Shown: piece by piece, positions 8,946 through 17,602 of the stretch | How positions within the stretch are numbered: position 1 is the stretch's first letter | Layout of the letters: each line of letters starts with the position of its first letter | DNA from: a virus | Lineage: Duplodnaviria; Caudoviricetes | Virus record (IMG/VR): IMGVR_UViG_3300043443_000649 | Coordinates: 1-42,620 of that record | Strand: one strand, 5' to 3' | DNA length: 42,620 nt | Notes under the pieces: model-generated | What the model was told of the DNA's origin: nothing | What the model saw: the letters and a program-made list of their open reading frames with translations, nothing else | The model's database searches: none | Translations under genes and position numbers: made by a program

Positions 8946-11344
8946 TGGGATCCCTTGCGTTCGATCCAGAAGCTGCGCGCACACTGTTCGCAAGTCTTGA
9001 TCAGGTCCATCTCGTCTACATTCACCCCAATGGGGTGGGTGTGCATGGGCGCGATTTTGCCGGCCGGGTGGATGATGCACTCGAGGATGCTGCCAAGGCC
9101 AATGCCAACGGGTTCAATGTCTATTGGAGCGTCAACCGGGTCGCGCCCGGGCTGGGCAAGAAGCCCGCCAAGCACGACATTCGCGCCGCGCGGTTTGTGC
9201 ACGTCGACATCGATCCGCCCAAGTCGGGCGGGGCATTCGAGAGGGACGCGATCACCGCGGCGCTGCAGGACATGGCCTGCCCGCCAAGTTTCATCATCGA
9301 TTCCGGCGGCGGGCTTCAGGCGTTCTGGCGGCTTGATGGGCCATGCGCGAACCTTGCCAGCATCGAGGCGATCAACCAGCAGGTGCGCAGCTACTTCGAG
9401 GCCGACGCCTGTCAGAACATCGACCGGCTGATGCGGGTGCCGGGCTCTGTGAACTGGCCCGACAAGCGCAAGCTGGCGCGCGGGCGCACTGCAAGGGTCG
9501 CGGGCTGGGCGCAGGGCGACGAAGGCCTGGTCTATGCGCCCGAGGATCTTGCGGCGAGCTTTCACCAGGCGAGCCCGACCGAGGCGCATAGCAGCCTTCC
9601 TCCGCTGGCCTTGCCGATCGATGTCGCGCTGCTGGCGGCGGACGACCTTGGTCTTGGCACGCTCGATCCATTGCGCCTCGCGATCACGTCGCCGCCAGGC
9701 CAAGACCGTTCAGGCGATGGCCTCGCCGCGGCCCGCCTTATGGCCAATGCCGGGCGCAGCGATGCTGAGATCATGGGCGTGCTGCTCAACCCCGCCAACG
9801 CGGTTGCAGCGCACTTTCTCGAGCAACGCGATCCGCGCCGGGCAGCGGCGCGCGCCATCCAGCTGGTGCGCCAGGACAGTCCGCCAGAGGGAGTGACACT
9901 CTATCCGCCGATCATGTCGGACGAGGACTTCGCGCGCTTCGTAGCCAACGAGAAGGCCAAGGTCCGCAAGGTCATGGTGCCGGCGACGCTGCGTGATGAT
10001 CATGATCATCAGCCCGTCGGCGATCATGCCGACCATGTCGACGACCAACATGGACGACGATCTTCGACGGTCGGAGTGGCGGGCTGGCAGCGCGACATGG
10101 GTGATGGCGGTCTTGCGCAGTTTGTCGCCCACACCAGCGCGTCGGCGCCGTCACCCCAGCCATGGCTGACGCTGGGGGCTGGGCTCGCCATGTTCGGTGC
10201 GGCTGCCGGGCGGCGCTATGCCGGACCAACGGACCTGCGCACCAATATCTACGCTATCGGCGTTGCGGATTCTGGCGGCGGCAAGGATCATCCCTTGCGT
10301 GCCTCGACCCGGCTGATGATCGCGGCTGGCCTTGCGAACCACGTGGGCTCGTCGAAGATTGCCTCGGGGGCAGGGCTGCTGACCGCAATCACCCGCAACC
10401 CATCGATCTACTTCCCGCTCGACGAAGTCGGGTTCCTGATTGCCTCGGCCGCCGACCGCAAGCGCGCGCCCAAGCACCTCACCGAGATCATCGACAACCT
10501 CACCGAGTTCTATTCCCTCGCGGACAGCACCTTCCTCGGGATCTCCTATGCCAACGACAAGGAGAAGCCGCGAGAGGTGATTGAGCAGCCGTGCCTGTGT
10601 CTGTTCGGGGTCACGACGCCAGGTGTGTTCTGGGGCTCGCTTTCGAGCGACAACGTCATCGACGGCAGTCTGGCGCGGATGCTGATCTTCGAGAGCGAGA
10701 ACCATTACCCCGATCCGCAGCACGACCGGCTGGCCAACGAGCCGCCGGCAGAGCTCGTGGCGCTGATGGAAGCCGTGGCGCAGGGCGCGGATGGCTCGAT
10801 GCCGTTCCCGCTCGGCAATACGGCCGCGGCGATCCCCAAACCCTACACCGTGCCCTATGCCTCGCCCCAGGCTGAGGCGCGCGCCCGGGCGATGCGTGAA
10901 GAGCAGATCGATATGCTCCGCCGGCATCAGGGCACGCACCTGACCGGGATCATCGCGCGCTTGGCCGAGAATGCGGCGAAGATCGCTCTGATAAAGGCGA
11001 TCACGGACAATCCCGCCCGGCCTGAGATCAGCGCGGCCGACCTCGACTGGGGAATGGGGATCGCGAACCGGAGTGTGCAGACGCTCATGCAGGCGGTGAA
11101 GGAACGGGTGGCCGATAGCGAGTACGAGGCCAGCGTGAAGCGGGTACACAAGGTCATCGCGGATGCGGGAAGCGCCGGGATCGACGGCAATGAACTGGCG
11201 CGGAAAACTCAGCGCGTAGATCGTCGGCGGCGCATCGATATCCTCGCTGATCTCGAGGAGTCAGGGATGGTCCGGATTATGGAGATGCCCAAGGCTGAAG
11301 GTGCGCGGGGGCCTGCGCGCAGGGTGTATTTTGATGTTGCTTGA
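8945..11344 (+). CDS. Primase-helicase fusion (RepB-type primase + DUF3987-like P-loop domain)
   Basis: VHVDID, IDSGGGLQAFW and RLMRVPGSVN primase motifs; ADSGGGKD Walker A; LDEVG Walker B. Confidence 0.82.
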   Translation: MGSLAFDPEAARTLFASLDQVHLVYIHPNGVGVHGRDFAGRVDDALEDAAKANANGFNVYWSVNRVAPGLGKKPAKHDIRAARFVHVDIDPPKSGGAFERDAITAALQDMACPPSFIIDSGGGLQAFWRLDGPCANLASIEAINQQVRSYFEADACQNIDRLMRVPGSVNWPDKRKLARGRTARVAGWAQGDEGLVYAPEDLAASFHQASPTEAHSSLPPLALPIDVALLAADDLGLGTLDPLRLAITSPPGQDRSGDGLAAARLMANAGRSDAEIMGVLLNPANAVAAHFLEQRDPRRAAARAIQLVRQDSPPEGVTLYPPIMSDEDFARFVANEKAKVRKVMVPATLRDDHDHQPVGDHADHVDDQHGRRSSTVGVAGWQRDMGDGGLAQFVAHTSASAPSPQPWLTLGAGLAMFGAAAGRRYAGPTDLRTNIYAIGVADSGGGKDHPLRASTRLMIAAGLANHVGSSKIASGAGLLTAITRNPSIYFPLDEVGFLIASAADRKRAPKHLTEIIDNLTEFYSLADSTFLGISYANDKEKPREVIEQPCLCLFGVTTPGVFWGSLSSDNVIDGSLARMLIFESENHYPDPQHDRLANEPPAELVALMEAVAQGADGSMPFPLGNTAAAIPKPYTVPYASPQAEARARAMREEQIDMLRRHQGTHLTGIIARLAENAAKIALIKAITDNPARPEISAADLDWGMGIANRSVQTLMQAVKERVADSEYEASVKRVHKVIADAGSAGIDGNELARKTQRVDRRRRIDILADLEESGMVRIMEMPKAEGARGPARRVYFDVA

Positions 11345-11396
11345 GCGCGCTGCGCAGCGTTTATCAACGCTGAGTTGCATTGAGTAAGGAAAAAAT

Positions 11397-11777
11397 TTGC
11401 GTTTTAAGGAATTTGACAAGCTTCCGACAATCAGCGTGGAGGCGATTGAGGTCCAAGGCCACGTTCGGCTGCTCGTGGAGGGGAAGTGGATCGATGGGCG
11501 ATATAAGCAGAACATCCGTATTGATCGAGACGCCCATTTTTCCGAGGTGGGTGCGGATAATGTTCACGCTCATGTTTACGGGCGTCATGATCGAAATAAC
11601 GCGCTGGTCGCAGTGCGCCAATCTGGAAAATCCAGTCACGGTTTGACTGGGGTACTTCATAAAAAGGATGCGGAGGCGCTTCGTGCGCAAGGTATCAATG
11701 TGCCCCAAAGTGGGGTTATTGAGTGGGTACCGCTGCCTTCGGATTCAAATTTGATACTATTTGAAAAAGCGCTGTGA
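11397..11777 (+). CDS. Cargo hypothetical protein with HxH motif
   Basis: 126 aa, lower GC, TAAGGA RBS before TTG. Confidence 0.65.
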   Translation: MRFKEFDKLPTISVEAIEVQGHVRLLVEGKWIDGRYKQNIRIDRDAHFSEVGADNVHAHVYGRHDRNNALVAVRQSGKSSHGLTGVLHKKDAEALRAQGINVPQSGVIEWVPLPSDSNLILFEKAL

Positions 11778-11873
11778 TTGCTATGCTGTAGCAGCTTAGG
11801 CGATTCCAATGGATCTGTATTGAGACTAAATAGGCAGTCGTAAGTTGAGTGACCTTTGCGGGCTTGTTTCAAA

Positions 11874-12380
11874 CTATTCCGAATTGCTATCGCTGCCCTT
11901 GATGTGATCGCGCAAGTCAACATCTAATAGAACCCGCCGTTCGCGTTCATTATCCAGCACAATTTGCCAGTGTAGGAATCCTACCTGAAGATCGGAAGAG
12001 CAAGGTGGCAAGCTTGTTGCCAGATCAACGCGCATCATGTCATGAGACATTCTGTTGTTTCTGTAAGCCCAAACACTTAGCTTATCCAGCAGGCGAATGA
12101 TCATACCAGGGCGCGGATCGATGCTTCGAGGGTCTATGGTACTCTCAGGATCAACAATGATTTTAGTCTTGGGGACTAAAATACCTGTCCAGTTTTCGCC
12201 CATCCCAGCATCAATCGACTGGTAAATATAATTACCAGAAAGAAGAACGGCAAAATCCTTCTCTCCATTTTTCCCTACATAAGCATATGTTTCGCGGTTT
12301 GTTCGAGGCAATTGCAGAGTACCTGCTTCTGCATCTGCAAGGGTTCCAGCGAAAAATTCGTGTGGTTCAAGGTTCAACAT
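11874..12380 (-). CDS. Cargo hypothetical protein
   Basis: Long ORF in low-GC DNA; GGAG RBS before ATG at 12380. Confidence 0.7.
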   Translation of the reverse strand: MLNLEPHEFFAGTLADAEAGTLQLPRTNRETYAYVGKNGEKDFAVLLSGNYIYQSIDAGMGENWTGILVPKTKIIVDPESTIDPRSIDPRPGMIIRLLDKLSVWAYRNNRMSHDMMRVDLATSLPPCSSDLQVGFLHWQIVLDNERERRVLLDVDLRDHIKGSDSNSE

Positions 12381-12471
12381 GGTGAAACTCCCGCGGACAG
12401 AAGCTGCCTTTATCAAAGCTCAGCAGTGGGCTTTGTATTGTGACCTAAATTTAAAGATGGCTGCGTAGCTG

Positions 12472-12720
12472 TCAGCCTTTAGATCCTTTGGGGTCACGGC
12501 CTCGGGGAAATGTCCGTTCCTCCTGAATTTTGCCATCAGTTTTGTGGATCCGTACCGAGCCGCCAGCGGTTCCAAGCGCATCCTTCAGTGCGCCGCGAGC
12601 CGTGGCGTCAGCCTTGGTGTCAAACACTCGCTTGGCACGACCACCGCCTTCAGGCTCCAAGCGCCATTTCTCGTCCTTCGCTACGAGATGATATTTTGGC
12701 AGATCCGGTTTCTTGGCCAT
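12472..12720 (-). CDS. DUF2188-like protein
   Basis: FDTKADA...RIHKTDGKIQEERTFPRGRDP pattern. Confidence 0.82.
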   Translation of the reverse strand: MAKKPDLPKYHLVAKDEKWRLEPEGGGRAKRVFDTKADATARGALKDALGTAGGSVRIHKTDGKIQEERTFPRGRDPKGSKG

Positions 12721-12753
12721 AATTCCGTCTCCTTCCAGCTTAGATTCAATCCC

Positions 12754-13344
12754 TCAGATGGAGCCGATGTGCGGCGCCAGCACTGAGGCAGTTTCAAACA
12801 ATTCATGCGCTTCAAGTGATCTCAGCATATCCTCGGGCGTGTGTTCGGGCTTGTTCAGCCGAAGGCGCATCCGATTGATTGCGGCGACCGCGCGCCCCTC
12901 ATCGAGGGCAATGGTGTCAGCGATGAAATCGTCAGCACTGCGGGCTTCGATGGCCAAAGGCGCGAGCACTGAGGCTGGAAAGTCTGAGAGGTTTTCAGTG
13001 ACCAGTGCCTGCGCTTGAGTTTTGATCGCAGCGGCCAGGACGTGCTCATCGCCTTTGTCTGGAAGGCCGTATTCCGTCTTTTCGAATAGAGCGAAGTCAT
13101 CGACCAGCGCTTCCGGGAATGCCGCTTTCATGTTGGCGACAGACCGCGCAGCACGGGCCTTGCTGTCAATTAAGCCGCGCTCATTCATGAGGCGCGCGAT
13201 TGCCCGCTCCGTTTCGTCCAAGATCTTCTCCGACCATCGTACACGGAAGAATTCTGCCTCGGCAAGGGTCAGGAGAAGGTTGCGGCGCCACACGCTAACC
13301 AATGTGCATGCATCGATAAGGGCGGTGTAGCGGTTGGCGAACAT
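12754..13344 (-). CDS. PIN-domain toxin (VapC-like)
   Basis: ALIDACTL, WSEKILDE, LPDKGDEHVLAAA and VTENLSDFP motifs. Confidence 0.88.
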   Translation of the reverse strand: MFANRYTALIDACTLVSVWRRNLLLTLAEAEFFRVRWSEKILDETERAIARLMNERGLIDSKARAARSVANMKAAFPEALVDDFALFEKTEYGLPDKGDEHVLAAAIKTQAQALVTENLSDFPASVLAPLAIEARSADDFIADTIALDEGRAVAAINRMRLRLNKPEHTPEDMLRSLEAHELFETASVLAPHIGSI

Positions 13345-13353
13345 GGCAATGGG

Positions 13354-13812
13354 TCAGATCAGATCTGCATCGTCGCCAATGAGCGCATCGAGCGCCCGGG
13401 CACGTTCTGCATCACGCTTGGCTTTGTAAGTAAATATGTCCTCTGCCATTATTCTGCGATGACGGCCCACAAAGGTGTGTGGGATCGCTTCCTGTTCAAG
13501 CAGTTTGATCAGGTGAGGGCGGGAGACATTAAGCAGATCGGCTGCCTGCTGAGTGGTCAGCATTTCCTGGATCGGCACAAGTGTGACCGCATGACCGCTG
13601 CCAATATGCCGTAGAAGTTCGAGGAAAATATCCGACATTGCCGGGGTGAGGGTGACTTCCACCCGCTTCTTCGTTTCTGGTTCGCGTACGCGTAGCGTTG
13701 CCTCGCCCGATTTCTGGGCGGCTAGCATGCGGCGTAACTGGTTGGCGATCTGGCGGTCATTGGCAGACGGCAGGTGTCCGCCAAAGGGCTCAGAATGCGC
13801 TGGCAAGGTCAT
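13354..13812 (-). CDS. Excisionase-type HTH protein, cognate antitoxin of the PIN toxin
   Basis: LTTQQAADLLNVSRPHLIKLLE..IP...VGRHRR; directly upstream of the PIN gene. Confidence 0.85.
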   Translation of the reverse strand: MTLPAHSEPFGGHLPSANDRQIANQLRRMLAAQKSGEATLRVREPETKKRVEVTLTPAMSDIFLELLRHIGSGHAVTLVPIQEMLTTQQAADLLNVSRPHLIKLLEQEAIPHTFVGRHRRIMAEDIFTYKAKRDAERARALDALIGDDADLI

Positions 13813-13846
13813 GTTTGCTCTCCGAGGTTGAAAACCTCACTACCGC

Positions 13847-13859
13847 TTATTCGAAATAA
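13847..13859. promoter_or_regulatory. Palindrome upstream of HTH-PIN operon (possible autoregulatory operator)
   Basis: TTATT-CGA-AATAA. Confidence 0.4.
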
Positions 13860-13914
13860 ACGCAACGGTCCTGATCGGCGGAATAGGTCCCGGCCTGGGC
13901 GCGCTGGCTAACTC

Positions 13915-14156
13915 CTCAACGATCAGAAACACCGCACGGAAACATCTCAACATCCAAAACCCTCATAAATCTGCGGTTTTCTCGAACTTCTCAAAAACTC
14001 AACTTCTCTCGCGCGCGCGAAAAAGGGGGGGGAGGGGTAAGGAGGGACGGTATATGATTGTATATATATTGAGTAATTGAGAAGTTTTATAAACCTACTG
14101 AAATCAAAACGCTTTTACGATCTCGGTGAACTTGAGTGGTTGTTGAGGTGTTTGAG
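13915..14156. repeat. Candidate replication origin: converging CTCAA/TTGAG pentamers around a G-run and AT-rich core
   Basis: CTCAA at 13915, 13946, 13990, 13998; TTGAG at 14069, 14077, 14132, 14143, 14152; 18-bp inverted repeat 13985-14002 / 14069-14086 (16/18). Confidence 0.6.
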
Positions 14157-14250
14157 CAATTAGCTTTGTGGGAGCCGTCCTATTTTCGGCGCCCCCAGCC
14201 ACGCGGTAGAAGGCCACTGACGCGGCGATCCTCGACAAAGGAGGATTGCT

Positions 14251-14802
14251 TTGAACCAGAACTGCCTTGCTGCTGCCGCTGATGCGGTTGCCGCTCCGCT
14301 TGCTGCCAAACCGGCCGCAGTGCGAACCATCACCCGTGGCGCAACCCTTGCGATCGATATCGGCACCAGCACTGGCTGGGCCTTGAAGGGCTGCGACGAT
14401 TACATCTCGAGCGGCACAGTCTCGTTCAAACCGTCGCGCTACGACGGCGGCGGGATGCGCTTCCTGCGTTTTCGCCGGTGGCTCGAAGAGCTCGAAGAAC
14501 AGGCAGGGCCGATCGAGGCCGTCTATTTCGAGGAAGTGCGCCGCCACGCTGGGAATGATGCTGCCCACATTCATGGGGGACTGCTCGGCGCTTTGACTGC
14601 GTGGTGCGAGGAGCACCTGATCGCCTATCAGGGGGTGCCTGTTGGCACGATCAAGCGCTTCGCCACAGGCAAGGGCAATGCCGACAAGGCGGGGGTGATC
14701 GATGCGATGCGCGCCCGCGGCTACGCGCCTGTCGACGACAATGAGGCAGACGCGCTGGCGATCCTCCTTTGGGCCATTGAGACCAAGGGAGGTGTCCGGT
14801 GA
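14251..14802 (+). CDS. RuvC-like Holliday junction resolvase
   Basis: LAIDIGTSTGWA, VYFEEV, IKRFATGKGNADK and DDNEADALA motifs. Confidence 0.8.
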   Translation: MNQNCLAAAADAVAAPLAAKPAAVRTITRGATLAIDIGTSTGWALKGCDDYISSGTVSFKPSRYDGGGMRFLRFRRWLEELEEQAGPIEAVYFEEVRRHAGNDAAHIHGGLLGALTAWCEEHLIAYQGVPVGTIKRFATGKGNADKAGVIDAMRARGYAPVDDNEADALAILLWAIETKGGVR

Positions 14803-15053
14803 GCACCTGGTCCATTCTCGGTCACACCGCCAAGGTGCTCGAAGAGCGCCGCGATGCTTACGGCGATCCAGCTGAGCAGTTCGGCGAAATCGCCAAGCGC
14901 TGGTCTATCACGCTTGGGACGCTGGTAACGCCGGAACAGGTCGCGCTTTGCATGATCGATCTGAAGCTGGCTCGGCTCGCCTACGACCCCGGCCATGTCG
15001 ACAGCCTGGTCGATGTCATCGGCTATGCCGCGCTGCTCAGGGAGGTGCGCTGA
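14799..15053 (+). CDS. DUF6378-like protein
   Basis: R...YGDP, VALCMIDLKLAR and HVDSLVDVIGYAA motifs. Confidence 0.75.
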   Translation: MSTWSILGHTAKVLEERRDAYGDPAEQFGEIAKRWSITLGTLVTPEQVALCMIDLKLARLAYDPGHVDSLVDVIGYAALLREVR

Positions 15054-15241
15054 TGGCTATGACCTCGAGCATTTACGCCCACGGCCGTCAGCGGGATGGT
15101 GAAGAGCTTCGCCGTGATGGTTGGCGCAGCGGGATCTTCGCCATCTCGGTCAGCGATCATCGCCTGACTGCGATTGAGCGTGAAGCCATCCGTGCAATCG
15201 GCGAGCGCCTGTATGGAGGCCGCAGTGGCAAAGGGGCGTAA
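15053..15241 (+). CDS. Small phage hypothetical protein
   Basis: TGATG coupling, GGAGG RBS. Confidence 0.6.
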   Translation: MAMTSSIYAHGRQRDGEELRRDGWRSGIFAISVSDHRLTAIEREAIRAIGERLYGGRSGKGA

Positions 15242-15803
15242 GCGCAAGGCCGGTCGCCGGCATCCCTCCGGCAAGCTGGTCCAGCCGGGCCACGGTGAAA
15301 GCCAGCGCGACGCAATGGCGACAGTGCTTGAAGCCCGACAGCGCCACTTCGGGATCTCAGCCCGGCAGGCGAGGGACGAGCGCCTGGGCACAGCCCTTGG
15401 CCGCATGGCCTTTGCTGGCAAGATCACGGCGGACCAGTTTGCCGCGGCCGAGCTTTACGGAGAGCTTATCGCGCGCCGCAACGCGGTCATGGGGCTGCCC
15501 AGCGAGCAGCCGCGTTCGGTCACCGGGCTCCTCATCAACGAGGGGATCTTCGGGGGCGGTACGCCGGAACCAGATCCGGAGCTGGTCGAGAAGATCCGGC
15601 GTCAGGCTGCAGGGGCTGCGCTCATGCTGCGGACCTGTGATCAGGATATGCAGGGCGGTGCCGGACGCCGGCCGAGCGTGCTGGTGCACCTGCTGGCCTG
15701 CCATGATGTTGAAGCGCTGCGCTGGTCAGCCGCAGACCTACACAACCTGTGCCTGGGCCTTGAAGCACTGTGCCGTTTCTTCCGGATCAGGCGAGACAGT
15801 TAG
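15225..15803 (+). CDS. Putative late-gene regulator (DUF6456/GafA-like, assigned mainly by position)
   Basis: GGAGG RBS + GTG; basic N-terminus; LGRM...GKIT.DQF.AA motif; last early gene before the promoter and HNH gene. Confidence 0.5.
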   Translation: MAKGRKRKAGRRHPSGKLVQPGHGESQRDAMATVLEARQRHFGISARQARDERLGTALGRMAFAGKITADQFAAAELYGELIARRNAVMGLPSEQPRSVTGLLINEGIFGGGTPEPDPELVEKIRRQAAGAALMLRTCDQDMQGGAGRRPSVLVHLLACHDVEALRWSAADLHNLCLGLEALCRFFRIRRDS

Positions 15804-15869
15804 TTTAGAATCTTGGTGAGCAAGTGAAACTAAAAAACTGTCATTTAATGATAAAATGAAAATACAGTG

Positions 15870-15898
15870 TTGACGCAGGTAGCGCGAGTGTATAGGGC
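15870..15898 (+). promoter_or_regulatory. Candidate late promoter
   Basis: TTGACG -35 with downstream GTATAGGGC and an AT-rich upstream tract; -10 spacing is imperfect. Confidence 0.45.
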
Positions 15899-15923
15899 TT
15901 CCGAAATAGAGAGTTCACAACTG

Positions 15924-15958
15924 CGCCCGGAGCAAACGCTTCCGGGCGTTGTTGTTTT
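15924..15958 (+). terminator. Intrinsic terminator-like hairpin after the late promoter
   Basis: CGCCCGGA / TCCGGGCG stem followed by TTGTTGTTTT. Confidence 0.6.
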
Positions 15959-15996
15959 GGCTTGCGTGACCAGGCCATCCAAAGCATGGGGCCGGC

Positions 15997-16164
15997 ATGT
16001 CGGGCACTGATTACAGAACAGTCATTGCAGAAGTTGTGCAGAAGCTTCCTGAGCTTTTGCGGGCCGATCTTGCCTCGCGTGACCCCGCTGTGCGCCAGAG
16101 CGCGGAAGAGGTCGTTGCCACCAAGATCGCAATGGCACTTGCGGAAATCCAACCCGACAATTGA
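15997..16164 (+). CDS. Small hypothetical protein, 55 aa (not in the ORF track)
   Basis: MSGTDYRTVIAEVVQKLPELLRADLASRDPAVRQSAEEVVATKIAMALAEIQPDN; fills the gap before the HNH gene. Confidence 0.55.
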   Translation: MSGTDYRTVIAEVVQKLPELLRADLASRDPAVRQSAEEVVATKIAMALAEIQPDN

Positions 16165-16176
16165 TGGGTGATCGTA

Positions 16177-16443
16177 ATGGCGGAGCGACTCCGTGGCCGC
16201 CGAGCAGTTGCCCAGCGCCTTCGCCGACTTAAAGCTGAACCCCTCTGCCGCGATTGTGCCTCTGCCGGGATTGTCCGGGAGGCGAGCGTACCTGATCACA
16301 TCGTGCCGCTGGTCCATGGCGGATCGGACGAGGACAGCAACATTCGCTGCCTCTGCTCCGAGTGCCATGCCGAGCGGACTGCCGAACAATTCGGCAAACG
16401 CAGGACGGTCGCCGTGGGCCCCGATGGATGGCCGATCGGGTGA
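16177..16443 (+). CDS. HNH endonuclease (packaging-associated)
   Basis: EPLCRDC, DHIVPLVHGG and NIRCLCSECH motifs. Confidence 0.88.
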   Translation: MAERLRGRRAVAQRLRRLKAEPLCRDCASAGIVREASVPDHIVPLVHGGSDEDSNIRCLCSECHAERTAEQFGKRRTVAVGPDGWPIG

Positions 16444-16545
16444 CGGAGAGGGGGCGGGGCCTCGAAAGTCTGGGCCTTTGTGGGGGGAAACCGCGCTTGG
16501 TCCAAAATTCACGCAACCGCGAAACTCGAACCGGGGGTCAAAAAC
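16444..16545 (+). other. Probable cos/packaging region
   Basis: G-rich non-coding tract directly after the HNH gene, the usual cos position in HK97-like phages; positional evidence only. Confidence 0.3.
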
Positions 16546-16572
16546 CCGAAAGGCTCAGAAATTGGTGAGATT

Positions 16573-16649
16573 TGGTGGCCCGACAGGGCTCGAAGCCTCA
16601 GGTCTGGCCGTTATGAGCGGCCAGCTCTAACCAACTGAGCAACAAGCCC
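16573..16649 (-). tRNA. Degenerate tRNA with CAT anticodon (Ile2/Met-like), likely pseudo-tRNA
   Basis: GGGCTTG-TT-GCTCAGTTGGTTAGAGC-T-GGCCG CTCATAA CGGCC ... TTCGA ... CGGGCC ACCA. D and anticodon arms intact; T arm and acceptor stem damaged. Confidence 0.75.
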
Positions 16650-17070
16650 CACCGAGTGCTGCCTTAGCCTCTGCACCATGGCCGAGATGGGCAACCGCCT
16701 GCTCAACCTTGACCCACAATCCGCTGCAGCGGGGCATTGATCTTGAGACAGTGACGGCCTGCGAGCTTGGCCAGTCTTCGTGAACGGTACCTTCACCTTT
16801 GTGCTTATGGTCGGCCACGCGGTGGGCGGCGGTGCGGCGGTGCGGCGGTTTAGGCGCGCGCCGGTAAGTTAAATATGTAAATCCGGCCCCTGTGAGCGTT
16901 CCGACCGTTTCGACAGTGGCGAGGATGGCAAGTAAGTCCAATGGGGTTCTCCAAACGAGGTGATACTCCCCACCGGGTTGGCCGCATTGCCGCCGGGTTG
17001 CACCTGTTTTAAGAGTGAACCGGAGTGAACCGCCGCACGAGAAGGCGAAGTTATCCATCAAGGGGGGAAT

Positions 17071-17397
17071 ATGAAAAAGATTAGCTCGATTATCGGATTG
17101 GCATTGCTTGGGGGGTGTGCGTCAAGTCAGGGCGGGATGCTTGAGCAGTCCGCCCTCCAAACCTTTGTAAGTCGGAAAAATCCCGGTGAAGTCGCCGGGT
17201 GCGTTCAACAGAGTTTGCGAGGCGGTCCGACAATGGGGACGGATGGCAAAGCATTCTGGGTCACAAGGCAAAATGGTTTAGGGACCGTAGTTCGTTATGA
17301 CTTTTTGCCAAACTCCTCGGGCAACGGAACAACGGTTGAATACCGAAGCCGGCTCAAAATTAACAATGGCTTAGACAAGGTGCAAAGTTGCCTGTGA
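17071..17397 (+). CDS. Lipoprotein (moron)
   Basis: MKK + hydrophobic core + LGGC lipobox; strong RBS. Confidence 0.82.
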   Translation: MKKISSIIGLALLGGCASSQGGMLEQSALQTFVSRKNPGEVAGCVQQSLRGGPTMGTDGKAFWVTRQNGLGTVVRYDFLPNSSGNGTTVEYRSRLKINNGLDKVQSCL

Positions 17398-17602
17398 TAA
17401 CGGCTCTGACCGTGTGATCCAGTGAGCAAAGCGGGTTTTCGGTTCGTGCGGGGCCTATGTGTTGCTTGGAACTAATCCATCAACCGATTGAGCGCAGTTA
17501 CCTTGGAGATGTGTGGTAATAAATTGATAATTCATATCATTTACTGGATTGCAGAATGGGGAGAAATACCTCGACAACCCAGTTTTCAGCGTGGGCGGCA
17601 CT

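Noticed and set aside
9995-10060. His/Asp-rich GATCAT repeats in the primase gene
   Set aside because: Short low-complexity interdomain linker; no regular array
16573-16649. tRNA fragment as attachment site
   Set aside because: Internal to the prophage, no second copy seen in the window, and near full length rather than a 3' duplicate
16627-17061. 144-aa minus-strand ORF (possible TTG start at 16941 with RBS and one hydrophobic segment)
   Set aside because: It runs into the tRNA-like sequence and has no recognisable motif; it may be a decayed gene but cannot be supported
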